Positions 52,595 through 64,000 are shown, counted from the first letter of the stretch. The stretch: DNA of 64,000 nt from an uncultured Planctomycetota bacterium (GCA_963823665.1 CAWGMQ010000003.1:416001-480000); one strand, 5' to 3'. Made by a program: numbers and translations. Notes: generated by a model from the sequence alone, not told the origin.

Positions 52595-53728
52595 ATGTCG
52601 ATCATGTATTTCAAGCAGATTCTCAACGAACGTTGTGGATGTGCCTCCTACGTTATTGCCTCGCGCAAAACGAGCGAGGCAGCCGTCGTCGACGCGGCCA
52701 TCGATACGGAACCTTACGATTCACTGCTGCGCGAGCGTAATTTCCGGCTGCGCTACGTCATCGACACCCACATCCATGCCGACCATTTTTCCGGCGCCCG
52801 CCGCCTGGCCGCCGCCCATGGTGCTGAGTTGTGCCTGCATGAGTCAGCGCGCACGGCTTACTCGTTCCGCGCACTCCACGACGCTCAGGAGCTGGAGCTC
52901 GGCCAGTTACGGCTCCGCGTGCTACACACCCCGGGGCATCGTCCCGAGCTGATCTCGTTGCTCATCGTGAATCCAACCCGCAGTCCCGAGCCCTCGATGG
53001 TTCTCACCGCGGATTCACTGCTGGTAGGCGATGTCGGCCGTCCTGACTTCGGCGGTGGAGACGCGACCGCTCAGTTCGATAGTTTGAGCCGGCTGCTCCG
53101 GCTTCCCGATTGGGTCGCGGTTTTCCCCGGTCATTTCGAGGGACCATGCGGGAAGGGAATGTGCGGCCGGCCCAGCACCACGATCGGCTTCGAACGGCTC
53201 TACAATTCGCTGGCCCGGCTTGATCGCGGAGAATTCGTAGCCCGCCTGGGACAAGGCCAGCCGCCGCGGCCCCTGAACATGACGGCCATCGAGGCGACCA
53301 ACCGCGGCCAAGCCGACATGGACTGGGCAATGCTCACCTCCAATGCTCCGGTTCACGAGGTCGACCAGACCGAACTGGATTCACGCCCGCCGGAAGCGGT
53401 GCTGCTCGACGTGCGAGAGCCGCAGGAGTTCGCGAGCGGACACGTGCCCGGAGCGCGTTGTCTGCCTCAGGCCGATCTTGCGACCCGACTGAGCGAAGTG
53501 CCGCGCGATCGTCCCATCTTCGTGATCTGCCAGGGCGGCTTTCGATCGCTCCGCGCAGCCCAGTTCCTCAATCAGATGGGCTTCAACGACGTGGTCAGCG
53601 TCAAGGGCGGCACCGAGGCCTGGCGGGCGGCGCAGAAAGCCCTCGCAACGGGCGAGACCGATCCGGAACCTCAGCCATTCATCGAATCAGAATGGGCCCA
53701 CGCCGGCGGATTGAGCTACGAGATTTGA
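52595..53728 (+). CDS. MBL-fold persulfide dioxygenase-like protein fused to rhodanese
   Basis: THIHADH, HTPGH, GDVGRPD, STTIGFER; LDVREPQEF..GHVPGA, ICQGGFRS. Confidence 0.9.
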   Translation: MSIMYFKQILNERCGCASYVIASRKTSEAAVVDAAIDTEPYDSLLRERNFRLRYVIDTHIHADHFSGARRLAAAHGAELCLHESARTAYSFRALHDAQELELGQLRLRVLHTPGHRPELISLLIVNPTRSPEPSMVLTADSLLVGDVGRPDFGGGDATAQFDSLSRLLRLPDWVAVFPGHFEGPCGKGMCGRPSTTIGFERLYNSLARLDRGEFVARLGQGQPPRPLNMTAIEATNRGQADMDWAMLTSNAPVHEVDQTELDSRPPEAVLLDVREPQEFASGHVPGARCLPQADLATRLSEVPRDRPIFVICQGGFRSLRAAQFLNQMGFNDVVSVKGGTEAWRAAQKALATGETDPEPQPFIESEWAHAGGLSYEI

Positions 53729-53739
53729 TCGCCAGCGTC

Positions 53740-55062
53740 TCATCTGTTCGTCGCTCCCTTGTAAACCCGCCCACTTTTCATCACGAATTTCACCCGCTGA
53801 AGCTCGGCGATGTCGGCGAGCGGATCGCCGTCGACGGCGACGATGTCGGCGAATTTGCCCGGCTCGATGGCCCCCAGGTCGTCCTTGGCCTGAAGCAGCT
53901 CGGCAGCGACGACGGTCGCCGACTGGATTGCCTGCATCGGCGTCATCCCGAACTGAACCATGTAAGAGAACTCCTTGGCCTGGTTCTCCGTCCAGGCATA
54001 CCCGCCTGCATCGGTCCCGTAGGCGATCTTGGCCCCCTTCTTGACAGCCAGACCAAATGCCTTTTTTTCCAGGCCGATCATCTCTTTCCAGATCGAGTTT
54101 CCGCCGGCGGCGCGACCTTCGGCCACGTAGACGGTCACGTAGATCGTCGGGCACCAGTACACGCCCTTCTCGACCATCAGGTCGATCGACTCCTCGTCGA
54201 ACCCATCACCGTGCTCGATCGTGTCGACCCCGGCTTTGAGGGCTGCCATGATCCCATCCTTGCCGATGGCATGAGCGGCCACCCTGCGGTCGAGCCGATG
54301 GGCCTCTCCGACCATCGCGCGCATCTCGTCCTCCGTGAAGTTGACCTTGCTGCGCAGCTTACCGCTCTCCAGGTAATACTTGCGGTCGCAGTAAAACTTG
54401 ATCCAATCCGCTCCGTACTTGACCTGCTCCCGGACCGCCTTGCGGATCTCGTCTGGTCCGTCGACGACCTGCACGCCCTCCGGCACTTTCAGCTCCCACG
54501 AATAGCCCAGCAGTGGATACATCCCGGTGGCGGAGAACGCCCTCGTCGATACGAACATGCGCGGACCAGGGATGACGCCACGCTCAATTGCGCGCTTCAC
54601 GTCCACGTCGGCGTACATCGCCCCCTCGGTCTCCAGATCGCGGATTGCCGTGAAGCCGTTGAAGAGTGCGGTCCGCGCGGCGACTGTGGCCCGGATGGTC
54701 CGGTATGGGATCGATTCCTTGAGCAGTTGCCGGTCGTAGTCGGCCTGCGTGATGTCACCCTGAAGCAAGACATGGGTGTGGCAGTCGATCAGACCCGGTA
54801 GAACGGCAGACTTCGACAGGTCGATGACAGCGGCGGAGTCTGGCGCCGATTTCTGTATCTCGTCCGCAGGGCCGACTGACTTGATTCGCTCGCCTTCGAC
54901 GAGGATTGCCTGGTCGTTGAGCACCCGCCCGGCACGGACATCGATTAGTCGACCGGCCTTTATGACCGTGGCCTTCGGCGGCCTGCCGCCTTCCTGGGCC
55001 AGGGCGACGCCGCTGGCGGTCACGATCACGGGAACGAGCAAGGCAAGAGTTGTTCGTCGCAT
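53740..55062 (-). CDS. exported amidohydrolase (Xaa-Pro dipeptidase-like)
   Basis: Signal peptide; LPGLIDCHTH, GADWIK, VAAHA, TIEHG, GTDAG, GKFADIVAVDGDPL. Confidence 0.92.
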   Translation of the reverse strand: MRRTTLALLVPVIVTASGVALAQEGGRPPKATVIKAGRLIDVRAGRVLNDQAILVEGERIKSVGPADEIQKSAPDSAAVIDLSKSAVLPGLIDCHTHVLLQGDITQADYDRQLLKESIPYRTIRATVAARTALFNGFTAIRDLETEGAMYADVDVKRAIERGVIPGPRMFVSTRAFSATGMYPLLGYSWELKVPEGVQVVDGPDEIRKAVREQVKYGADWIKFYCDRKYYLESGKLRSKVNFTEDEMRAMVGEAHRLDRRVAAHAIGKDGIMAALKAGVDTIEHGDGFDEESIDLMVEKGVYWCPTIYVTVYVAEGRAAGGNSIWKEMIGLEKKAFGLAVKKGAKIAYGTDAGGYAWTENQAKEFSYMVQFGMTPMQAIQSATVVAAELLQAKDDLGAIEPGKFADIVAVDGDPLADIAELQRVKFVMKSGRVYKGATNR

Positions 55063-55182
55063 GGCGTGTGCTCCGGTGGGATATCGATGGCGATTTGAAA
55101 CTCGCTGAAGACCCGGTTGGGCCGTCTGGCACATGTCGGTAGGACGATTTCCATCGCCCATCTCCCGCGTAACCGCCGGCCG

Positions 55183-58100
55183 TCACCGGGGCGCGCCATT
55201 CTCGTTTAACTCGATCGTCCGGGCGATCCGGAACCCGAACTGGTTGTACTGCAGATCAGGCGACGTCGTCATACAGTAGTTTGAGCTGAAATCCTGCGGC
55301 AGCGCTTTGAACCCCCCTCCCGAGGTGAACACATGCTTGTTCGCATCAGGAGTGTCGGCGTTCCATTCCGACACGTTCCCGTACATATCGAATAATCCGA
55401 AATCGTTGGGCATCAACCGGCCGACCGGCTCGAGCCGGGGCTCTGTGCCCTTGTGAGCGAGCCAAACGTAGTGGTGCAGGAAATCGTCGTTGTTGTCGTT
55501 GCCGTAGTATCTCCGGGTCACGGTCTCCGCGCGGCAGGCGAATTCCCACTCCTCGCGGGTGGGCAACCGGTATCCCGTCCTGGTCAAGTTCGGGGTGGCC
55601 TCCGCGTACGCAAGCCGTTCGTTGCCGCGGCCGTAGCACGACTTTGACCCGTCCATCATTTCTCGTTTGTTCAGCCATTCGCAGTAGTCGATCGCCCTGG
55701 GCCAGGTGACAACTCCGATCGGGCAGGTCGGCCCCGACGAGTTTTCCTTGTTGTACCAGTGCGCCGGGTCGAACCGCAGCATCTGTTCGATCGTGGTCTC
55801 CTTGTCGGCGATCGCAAAGACGCGTTTGATCCGGGGATCGTGGCGCGCGTCGATGATGACCATGGTGTGCCCCTCGCGGGTCACGAACCACCGACCGGGC
55901 GCGGACTTTCGGATCGCAGTCGCGGCCGAATCTACAGGCGCTCAAACGTGCGTCGGCGCCGAGCTTCGTGAGAAGCCACTCCGCCGCCCCATGGACGCCG
56001 GCGTCTTCATGGCAGAGAAACCGCGCCTGGATCAGTGGCGACGAGGGAGACCCGGGCGCCGCTGCGTCGAGCGCGCGATGCTGACCGATCGCGAAGAGAA
56101 GGCCACGGATGCGAGATGGGTCGTCATCCACCTTGAGCCGGGCGATCAGCGTCGCCAGAGGCAGCCCGTACCTGGCGCCGTGGTAGATGACAAAAGTGCG
56201 TGCGCGCGGGTCGGGCTCATTCCGGTAAATGTCCCATGCGCCCACTCCCTCGCCGAGCCTGAGCAAGCAGATCGCCGCGCAGGGCGCGGCGGGCGGTCGC
56301 TTCATCGTCGATGAGCGGCGTTCCGGCGGCCGGCGGCCCGGCCGCGGCCCGGAGCTCGGGCACGATATTCGACCGGTGCCTCTCCAGGAGCGGATAGATC
56401 TTGAGGAACTGATGGTCGTCGGCCTCGAGTGCAAGCTCGCATACGACATCGGGATCGTCGCGCACCAGATCGATCAAGAGGTTTGTCGCGGTCTGAAGCC
56501 GGCGATCGCCGCGGCGGACGAAGTGCTCCTTCAGCTTCCCGATCAGCACACCCCGGATCGGCCGGAGTGCGTCGAGCGTTGTCGCGTACGCCGCAGGGTT
56601 GGCGTCGCGCATCGTCACCAGCTCGTCGGCGACCGGCCCGGCGATCTCGCCCCATGCCGAAGTCCCGTGCCGGCAGTCAAGCTCATCAGGAGGGTCGAAC
56701 AGGCAGAGCGCCAGCGCCGCTTGAAGGCGATCGCGGGCCGGGCGACGCGAGTCGCGCGCAATCTGCCACAGGCCCGGCGTGATCGCTTTACGGTGGGCAA
56801 AGAGCGCCTCGCGGATCGTCAACGAGGTGAGCGGCTCCTCGGCGAGCATTCGACCGAGCAGGTAGTCGACCTGGCCCGGATCGTGGTGGGCGAGTGCAAG
56901 GCTGCAACGGAGCCTCGAACGCGGGTCACTCTGCCCCTCGGCCGCCTCTCGCCTGAGTATGGGAACGGCCCAGGAATGGAACGGCTCGATGTCGTGCGTG
57001 ATCTGCGAGACCTGGCCGATGTCGGCGCTTTCGAGGCGCTCGACCAGCGATCGGGCCTTGAGCTCCGCGAACCCCCACGCACCGGCGAGACCCACGATCG
57101 CTGCGAGCACTCCGACAAGAAGGGCGCCCCAAGCGTGACGCGCCGCGGCGGCCCGCATCATCGCCTGTACCTCGGCCGACCATCGCCTTCGGTCGGTGAG
57201 CAGCCGGAGGGCGGCCCATTCCAGCGCCGAGGGAAGGAACTTGCCCTTGTGCCGCTCGCACCAGATCGAGGCAAATTCCTGGAGCCTGAGCTCTGCCCGG
57301 CCGCGCAGCGACTTTTGCTGGTCCTGAAACAGCCAGGCACGAAGGTCGGGGATGAGATAGTCGTGCGTGAGCTGGTAATACTGCGGCCCCTCTTCCGGGG
57401 CGGGAACGTCGTTTTCCAGCCGACCGAAAAGCGGGTCGGCCGGAGTGACGAGCCGAAGCTCATGGTCGAGGATCCACATCAGCTCCTGGAATTCACGAGG
57501 CTGGGCCGAGTAGCCCGGAAGCATCCAGAAGCGCCTGCCGCGACGAGACGTGCCCCTTGATCAAGACCGCTCCCTCGGGCAGGAGCCGCGAGAGCACCGC
57601 CTGGGCGGCGCGGCGATGCAGCCGATTCTGCGGCGGCGCCTCGGGAGACGAGAACGCCTCGTCGAGTATCGTGGCACCGATCGTCCGGGCCCCGCCCAGC
57701 TCGGCCAGGGTGGCGGGAGTCCAGGGCCTGGATCGCAGCAGTTGCGCCAGCAGCACAAGGCGAACGCAAACGACCCGCCCGTCCTGCGACAGCGCCGCGA
57801 CGGCCCGATCGACGAACTCTCGATGCTCGGGCAAGAGCGCGGCGGGATCGGCCGGCAGCCGGCCGTGCACCCGCCCGAGCGAGGTCAGAACCTTCCGCGA
57901 GTGTTCGAGGTCGAAGAGGTCGACGGCGGCCGCGTTCCAGCCGTCGAGCAGGCGGAGCTCCAGACCCCGGAAGAACCGCGTGAGGTCCATCCAGAAGTCG
58001 TCGCGCACCAGAAGCAGGGCCTGGAGTGCGCTCGCCGTCGCACTGCCGCAGCGTGTCTTCCAGCGCGCGCCGGCCCCGGCCCGTTCGCCCGAAGAGCCAT

Positions 58101-59746
58101 TGCTCGAACTGGTCCAGCACGATCAGGACCTTCTGCGGCCCCGCTGCGTTTCGACCCTGACGCAGCTCCCTGAGAAGTCCGGCTGCGTCTTCGTGCGCCT
58201 GCGAGAGCCGGAAACCGGCTGCGCAAGCCGCGCAGCAGCCGCTCCTCGGTCCCCTCCATCGTCGACTCGACGTAGACGCAGCAAACCGATTCGGCCAGCC
58301 GCGGGATCAACCCGGCGCGAACGAGTGAAGACTTACCGCTGCCGGTCGGCCCGTAGATGACGCCGACCGGGAAGGCCTCGGCGTCACCGCCCGCTTCGAT
58401 ACGCCGCTTCCAGAAGCCGATGCACTCCGGCAGGCCGTCGCGTCCGCGCGGGCCCGGCACCAGCTCGAGGAACGTGTCGGAGTCGACATCCTCGTAAGGA
58501 CGAAGCCCGCGCGAGACGAGCGATCGCCCCGGCGAGCCGTCGCGGACCGACGCGACGTCCACGGCCTCGCCCAACGCCAGCCAGTGCCTCAGGTCCGCCG
58601 CCAGCTCCGCCGCCGTTTCGTAGCGGTCGTCAATGCGCTTGGCCATCGCCTTCTGGCAGATTCGCTCGAGCTCCGGCGGGATCGTGGAATCGAGGGCACG
58701 AAGAGGCGGCGGCGTGTGCTCCTGGATCTGCGTCCAGCGTCTCCTGGAGAGTCGAACAGCGGAACGGGTGGCGTGCCGGTCAGAGCCTCGTAGAGGACCA
58801 CACCCAGGCTGAAGATATCCGAGCGTCCGTCGACGCGGTGGCCTTCCCCGCGCGCCTGCTCGGGGCTGGCGTACGCCGGCGTGCCGTAGAATCCGCGCAC
58901 CGCCTCCAGGTCTTGCTCCCGCCGCGCCAGGCCGAAGTCGGCAACATACAGGTGCCCGGCCCGGTCGAGCAGGATGTTGGCTGGCTTCACGTCACGATGG
59001 ATCACCGAAAGGGCGTGTGCGAAATTCAGGGCCTCCGCGGCCGTCGCGATCCAGCCGGCCACGACCACGGGCGCCGGCCGATCGTCGCGCAGCCGCCGAT
59101 CCAGGCTGCATCCGTCGATGTACTTCGAGACGATGTAGCATCGGCCGTCGTTCATCCGCCCGATGTCGTAGACCGGGACGATCGCTCCGTGATCGAGGCC
59201 CGCCAGAATCCGCGCCTCGTAGACAAAATCCTCGAACTCCTCGGGATCGGCGATCCGGGAGGAATACGGAATCTTGATCGCAACCCGCCGGTTCAACTCG
59301 CTGTCATACGCCAGAAAGATCTCACCAAACGTGCCTTTCCCGAGCCGCCGCTCGGTGCGATATCGGCCGATGGTCGTGGACTCGCCCGTGCCGTCGACCA
59401 TCGTTACAAAGGCGCCGGGCCGCGTATCATCGAGATCGGCGGTCTCGCCAAGCCCGAGCCCAGACGAGTCGCCTGAACCTGGATCTGCGTCCTCCGGGAG
59501 CCGCCGGGGCCGGCGGTCGTCGTTGAGCGGCTCGGTTGCTTCCGGCGGAGGCGAGATCTCTCGACCGTCCAGATCGGCCGCCTCGATGCGCTTCGTGGCC
59601 AAGTCGTCCCGCTCACCCTCGCTGTCGGCGACCGTCGCGGGAACACTCGCAGCCGGCACGCCTGCGCCGCCTGTGCGACCGCGGTGTGAATGGCGCGCGG
59701 ACAGCGCGTCGGTCGCGTCCAGGTCGTTCCGCCGGGTTCGGTCCAT
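55183..59746 (-). CDS. Ser/Thr kinase - nSTAND1 - TM - FGE-sulfatase protein split by about six frameshifts
   Basis: Collinear pieces in ORFs 58589 (kinase), 57885 (GPTGSGKSS), 57479/57493 (DQFEQW, RDDFW), 56217 (YYQLTHDYL, TM), 55346 and 55183 (YRLPTREEWE, GFRIART). Either a pseudogene or sequencing errors. Confidence 0.82.
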
Positions 59747-59975
59747 CCCGTCCCCCCATCGTGCACCTCTAACATCGCCCCTGCCAGCGAGCCGGGAAAC
59801 TCTGCACGGGCCTGCCGCCCCCACTCGGGCTCCATTCCGCCGATGGTTTGCACCACGCATCATACCGTGCGCCGGAGTGCGCTCACAAGCGCTCGCCGAG
59901 GGCCCGGTCGATTGCTTAAACTGGGATCAGCCGGTCGCGAGCGCAGCCATCGTCTTTTCCGTCGGGAGCAGTCGC

Positions 59976-62249
59976 GTGCTCAAGCAAATCCAAAGATCAC
60001 TGGCTAGTCCACGGAAGCGGGCTCGATGGGAATGTGCCCTGTCTGCGGCCGTGTCGGTCGTCGTGCTGGGCACGACGGCAGTGCAACTGCCGGCCGACGG
60101 TGCGACGGACCAGTCGAGCGAAACGGCCGGAGCCAATGCAAGTCAGTCGCCCCTTCCACCCCGCGCGATATCGCGGATCGGCACCGACGATCTGCGCATT
60201 CGGAACTCCTTCATCACGCGCATCGCGTTCTCGCCGGACGGACTGCTGATCGCGGCCGCCGAGGCGAATGCCCCCGTGCCGAGAGTCAGCCTCTTCGACG
60301 CGCGGACCGGGCGCTTGGCTCGATGGATCAGTCCACCAGATCGACCCCACGGATGGGTTCAATGCGTCGCATTCTCGCCCGATGGCACGAAACTGGCCTG
60401 GGGCGAGGTCATGGGCGAGGTCGCGGTCTGGGATATGATTCACGATCGCCTGGCATTCCGCCAGAAATACCATGGACATAGCGTGAGCGACGTCGCCTTC
60501 TCGCCCGACGGTCGCATCCTGGCCACTGGCGGCGAAGACGGCCTGGTGCGCTTGCTCCGAGCGGCGGACCCGCGAGAAACTGTTCAGACACTCGCGACCG
60601 GCGAGCAGACGCCCGTGCGCCGGGACTTTACCGGTCTGCCCGCAGGAGGTTTCCCCGTGGGCCCTCCCCATCTGGCCTTCACGCCTGATGGAGCCCGGCT
60701 GATCGTCGGGTCCGGCTCGAGCGCGACGATCTCGGTCTGGCGCATGAAGGATGGTCAGCTCGAGCGGCGGATCGAGGACACGCACGGTAACTCCGCGGCG
60801 GTAAATCCGAGCTTGGCCTCCGTTGCGGTGACACCGGATGGCCGATCGATCCTTTCGGCCGGACAGAGCACTGTCCCGATCACTCAGACGAACCTGAAGT
60901 TTGGCCCGAGGAACGTCACCTTGTCCGAGGTCCGGCTCTGGGATCTCGAGACCGGCAAACGCGTGAAAGACTTGCAGGGTAAAGACAATCCAGGCCGGGG
61001 ATACGTGTCCCTTTCGCGCGACGGCAGGCTCGTGGCGGTGGGCGACTTCGGGCTGCTGCGCATCATCGACGCCTCGACAGGCAATATCGAGCAAACGATA
61101 TCCTTGCCCGGATCTTGGGGTCATCAGCCGGCCTTTTCTCCCGATGGGACCATCGTGGCGATGGCGATTGAGAACGGACTCGGCATCTTCGACGTGCAGA
61201 CTGGCCGGCGACTGCACCACGACGACCGGACCCCCGAAGGCGAGCTCAAGTATGCCGCGTGGTCGGCGACCGGAGACCGGATCGTCACCGGCCACGGCGA
61301 TGGCGAGATTCGGGTATGGGAGGCCACCACCGGCAAGCTCCTCTGGCATAAGCTGCTCGCGCCGGCCATCGGTCTCCATGGCTCGAATGCCGGACCGGCG
61401 TTCGTGGCATTCTCACAAGATGGCCGGCGCGTCGTCGTGGCAGGACGGCGAGATGATCCCGTCAAGTACAACGGCGGCATCGTCGCGGTCTACGAAGCGG
61501 CCACCGGAACTCTGGAGCGCGAGGCCGATTGCCAGGCCGTCCGCTGGGCAGCTCTGGCGCCCGACGGACGAATGGTCGTCGTGGCTACCTCCCACGGGGC
61601 CTGGGACGATGCGCACTTCGTCGGGATCGAGGTGGAGACGGGCCGGACGCGGTGGACCAATCCCCCCGCCGAAGAACCGGCCGGCTTCGTGCAACTGGCC
61701 GGGATGCAGTTCCCGTCTGGTTCGCCCTTCCTGGAAGTGGCCATGAGAGACGGCAACGTGGTCCGCTTCAACGCACTGACCGGACGCGAGCAGCGCCGAT
61801 TCCTCGCGGACGGGCGCACTCCCGACAAACAAGGAGCCGCCCGGTCGAGGAGTGCCGACATGTTCACTGCCGCGTTCAGCTCCGATGGGCGCACGATGGT
61901 CTCGTCTTCCGGCGAATCGGTCTGCGTGTGGGACGTCGAGGCCGGGACGCTCCGGCGCAGAATCCGCCAGAGCGGCACGGATGCCTGCTTCCTCGCCCTG
62001 GCACCCGATGGCAAGACCGTGGCGACTTCGGAGCTCACGTACGGGGGAAAGATCGGCGACGACAGAATTCGCCTGTACGACGTCGAGAGCGGCGAGCCGG
62101 TGCTCACGCTCGAACCCGTCGACGACCGAGCACACGTGCTGTCATTCTCGCCCGACGGGACCAAACTCCTCACGGGATTCGCGCGCGGCTCGGTCATCGT
62201 TTGGGACGTGCGACGTGGCCAAGCGGCGGCGAAACCGAGTGCGCGATAA
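59976..62249 (+). CDS. exported WD40-repeat beta-propeller protein
   Basis: PLPPRAISRIGT lead-in; many FSPDG..WD repeats; GTG start after GGGAG is inferred. Confidence 0.88.
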   Translation: MLKQIQRSLASPRKRARWECALSAAVSVVVLGTTAVQLPADGATDQSSETAGANASQSPLPPRAISRIGTDDLRIRNSFITRIAFSPDGLLIAAAEANAPVPRVSLFDARTGRLARWISPPDRPHGWVQCVAFSPDGTKLAWGEVMGEVAVWDMIHDRLAFRQKYHGHSVSDVAFSPDGRILATGGEDGLVRLLRAADPRETVQTLATGEQTPVRRDFTGLPAGGFPVGPPHLAFTPDGARLIVGSGSSATISVWRMKDGQLERRIEDTHGNSAAVNPSLASVAVTPDGRSILSAGQSTVPITQTNLKFGPRNVTLSEVRLWDLETGKRVKDLQGKDNPGRGYVSLSRDGRLVAVGDFGLLRIIDASTGNIEQTISLPGSWGHQPAFSPDGTIVAMAIENGLGIFDVQTGRRLHHDDRTPEGELKYAAWSATGDRIVTGHGDGEIRVWEATTGKLLWHKLLAPAIGLHGSNAGPAFVAFSQDGRRVVVAGRRDDPVKYNGGIVAVYEAATGTLEREADCQAVRWAALAPDGRMVVVATSHGAWDDAHFVGIEVETGRTRWTNPPAEEPAGFVQLAGMQFPSGSPFLEVAMRDGNVVRFNALTGREQRRFLADGRTPDKQGAARSRSADMFTAAFSSDGRTMVSSSGESVCVWDVEAGTLRRRIRQSGTDACFLALAPDGKTVATSELTYGGKIGDDRIRLYDVESGEPVLTLEPVDDRAHVLSFSPDGTKLLTGFARGSVIVWDVRRGQAAAKPSAR

Positions 62250-62388
62250 TGAAGGGGATTTTAGAATTCCTCACCACCCGAGGGAGGGGCCGGCCGTTAT
62301 AATCGCCCATCATGATAGGCCGTCCCACAGGCGCGGATCGAGTCAAGTCTCGCGGGGATCACTCTCACTCATATCGAGGGTCTCACAC

Positions 62389-63516
62389 ATGCAATGGACT
62401 CATACGCGGCGAGAATTTCTGGCGCGAGCGGTCGGGGCGAACGTCGCGATGTTGCTCGCGCCGGAATGGCTCCGGGCGCACACCGAGCAGGAGGATCCGA
62501 GGGTCGCGGAGGTCCTGTCGGGCACCATCGGCATCGACATGCACAACCATGTCACACCCGGGGGCGCAAGGCCAGAGCAGGGTCGGAAGGACCAAAAAGA
62601 TCAGCAGAAGTCACAGCCCAACCTTGACCTGGCCGACGAGATCAAGCGTTCGGGGTTGACGGCCGTCTGCGCGGCCTTCCGCCTCGATTTCAATGCCCGC
62701 GAGCCTTACGCCAGGTTCACGCAAGGGCTCACCGCAATCGACGGCCTGATGGGGAAGGATGGCCTGACTCGCGCCATGAACCTGAAAGACCTCCAGGTCG
62801 CACACGACAAGGGCCAGCCGGCCATCGTCCAGTCGATCGAAGGGGCGCATTTCCTTGAAGGACACCTCGAGCGGGTGGAAGAGGTGTACAAGCGCGGGCT
62901 CCGGCACCTCCAGTTGCTGCACGATAAAGGCGATAAGGTCAAGCCGCTCGGCGACATCTACACCGAGCCCCCCACCCTGGGCGGCCTGACCCCCTTCGGC
63001 GCGGACGTCATCAAGGAGTGCAACCGGCTGGGCATCGTCGTCGACCTCGCCCACGCCAGCCACGAGACCGTGCTCGGCGCGCTGAAGGTTTCCACGCAGC
63101 CGGTGATCGTCTCCCACACCAGCCTCGACACACGGGCCGGCAAGAACCCCCGGATGGCGAAAATGATGGCCCCGCGGCTGATCAGCAAGGACCACGCCCG
63201 CGTGGTCGCGGACTCAGGCGGCGTGATCGGCGTGTGGACCAAGCTGTCCGACTCGATGAGCGAGTTCGTCGGGGGCATCAAGGCATTGGTGGACGACATC
63301 GGCATCGACCACGTCGGCATCGGCAGCGACACTGACATCCTGTCCTCCCGGCCCGGCCAATCCACCAACGCCGCTTGGTCCGGCCTCTCCGGCGGTTTCT
63401 TCAAGGCGGCCGTCGCGGAGATGCTCCGCCAGGGCTTCACGCCCGCCGAGATCGGCAAGGTCGGCGGCGGAAACTTTTGCCGGGTGTTCGACAAGGTGAC
63501 GACCGGCCACGCCTGA
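62389..63516 (+). CDS. membrane dipeptidase (peptidase M19) with Tat signal
   Basis: TRREFL; DMHNH, SIEGAH, GLTPFG, VDLAHAS, VSHT, HVGIGSD, GGNF.RV. Confidence 0.9.
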   Translation: MQWTHTRREFLARAVGANVAMLLAPEWLRAHTEQEDPRVAEVLSGTIGIDMHNHVTPGGARPEQGRKDQKDQQKSQPNLDLADEIKRSGLTAVCAAFRLDFNAREPYARFTQGLTAIDGLMGKDGLTRAMNLKDLQVAHDKGQPAIVQSIEGAHFLEGHLERVEEVYKRGLRHLQLLHDKGDKVKPLGDIYTEPPTLGGLTPFGADVIKECNRLGIVVDLAHASHETVLGALKVSTQPVIVSHTSLDTRAGKNPRMAKMMAPRLISKDHARVVADSGGVIGVWTKLSDSMSEFVGGIKALVDDIGIDHVGIGSDTDILSSRPGQSTNAAWSGLSGGFFKAAVAEMLRQGFTPAEIGKVGGGNFCRVFDKVTTGHA

Positions 63517-63557
63517 GGCGCCGTGGGGAACGGTGGCTGGAACCTTTTCCGCGCCGG

Positions 63558-63971
63558 TCACTTCACTTTCGACACGGGTTGGTCGGGGTGAGCGGGGTTC
63601 GCCACGAGCCGGCGGTTGGCACAATCCGCCAAGAAATCGAGCTTCTCCAGCACGGTCTGGCCGATTAGCACCTCGTCACCGAGCACCAAAGCTTCTTCGA
63701 GCGTGTCTCGCCCCATAATCGCGAAAACGATTGGCTCGGTTACGGCAACAACCTCGGTCCGCCCATCGGCATACTCGGCGACCCGGTTGCCGCGAGACAT
63801 GAGGCCGAGAGCCTCCATAACGTGCGCGGGAATGATTGACCGTACCGCGCCGGTATCGACCATGGCATCCGCCTCGTAGCGTCTGACTGCCGACTTCTTC
63901 AGCTTCTTCCGACGATAAAGCGCTTCGTCAACGGAATTGGTGAGCAGCACTTTAACTCGGATTTCGCCCAT
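63558..63971 (-). CDS. clan AA aspartic protease (retropepsin-like)
   Basis: AMVDTGA, YADGR, VLIGQTVLEKLD. Confidence 0.88.
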   Translation of the reverse strand: MGEIRVKVLLTNSVDEALYRRKKLKKSAVRRYEADAMVDTGAVRSIIPAHVMEALGLMSRGNRVAEYADGRTEVVAVTEPIVFAIMGRDTLEEALVLGDEVLIGQTVLEKLDFLADCANRRLVANPAHPDQPVSKVK

Positions 63972-64000
63972 GCAATACTCGGTTTCCGTTTCAGAGGTTT

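Noticed and set aside
53458..54801. 447-aa plus-strand ORF
   Set aside because: Antisense shadow of the amidohydrolase.
56229..57560. 443-aa plus-strand ORF
   Set aside because: Antisense shadow of the kinase-STAND-FGE gene.
59274..59975. N-terminal 234-aa extension of the WD40 ORF
   Set aside because: Overlaps the opposite-strand kinase; low-complexity S/R/P translation; a better start with SD lies at 59976.
1..64000. Complete DGR, retron, tRNA/rRNA or selenoprotein
   Set aside because: I saw no reverse-transcriptase motif, AAC-rich template repeat or tRNA/rRNA signature, and the PCGC motif uses Cys codons. This was by eye; tRNAscan-SE and Infernal would be decisive.

Overview
GC-rich bacterial chromosomal segment. 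Gene content points to Planctomycetota, probably Isosphaeraceae-like (inference from Ser/Thr kinase-STAND-FGE proteins, DUF1573 proteins, PLP..ARLGT-type WD40 proteins and several REP-like palindromes). About 1-17 kb is mostly housekeeping: rplY-pth-rpsF, fumC, mnmE, yidC, a metallophosphoesterase, tsaB, a methyltransferase, and two DUF1573 genes followed by a UshA-like/tetraheme cytochrome. About 17.9-27.6 kb holds two pilin-like-anchor paralogues flanking a WD40 gene, an EF-hand/LTxxQ-YHYH-two-component cluster and a Uma2 gene. About 27.6-39 kb is accessory: a repeat-rich non-coding stretch, GT4 and GT2-TPR glycosyltransferases, a Y1/HUH (RAYT-like) transposase with amplified end motifs that truncates the GT2 gene, an internally deleted AcrVA2/FinQ-like gene and two variable-loop membrane paralogues. 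About 39-64 kb has a tRNA-binding protein, an orphan adenine DNA methyltransferase, an alkaline-phosphatase-superfamily protein, an HD-CE/Hsp90-like ATPase, two retropepsins, two large kinase-nSTAND1-FGE receptors (one with an inserted PA14 domain), an MBL-rhodanese, an amidohydrolase, a WD40 protein and a dipeptidase. Many genes, including yidC and tsaB, carry apparent single-base frameshifts, most simply read as long-read assembly errors. I saw no rRNA, tRNA, CRISPR array or reverse transcriptase. All family calls come from motif recognition by eye, not database searches.
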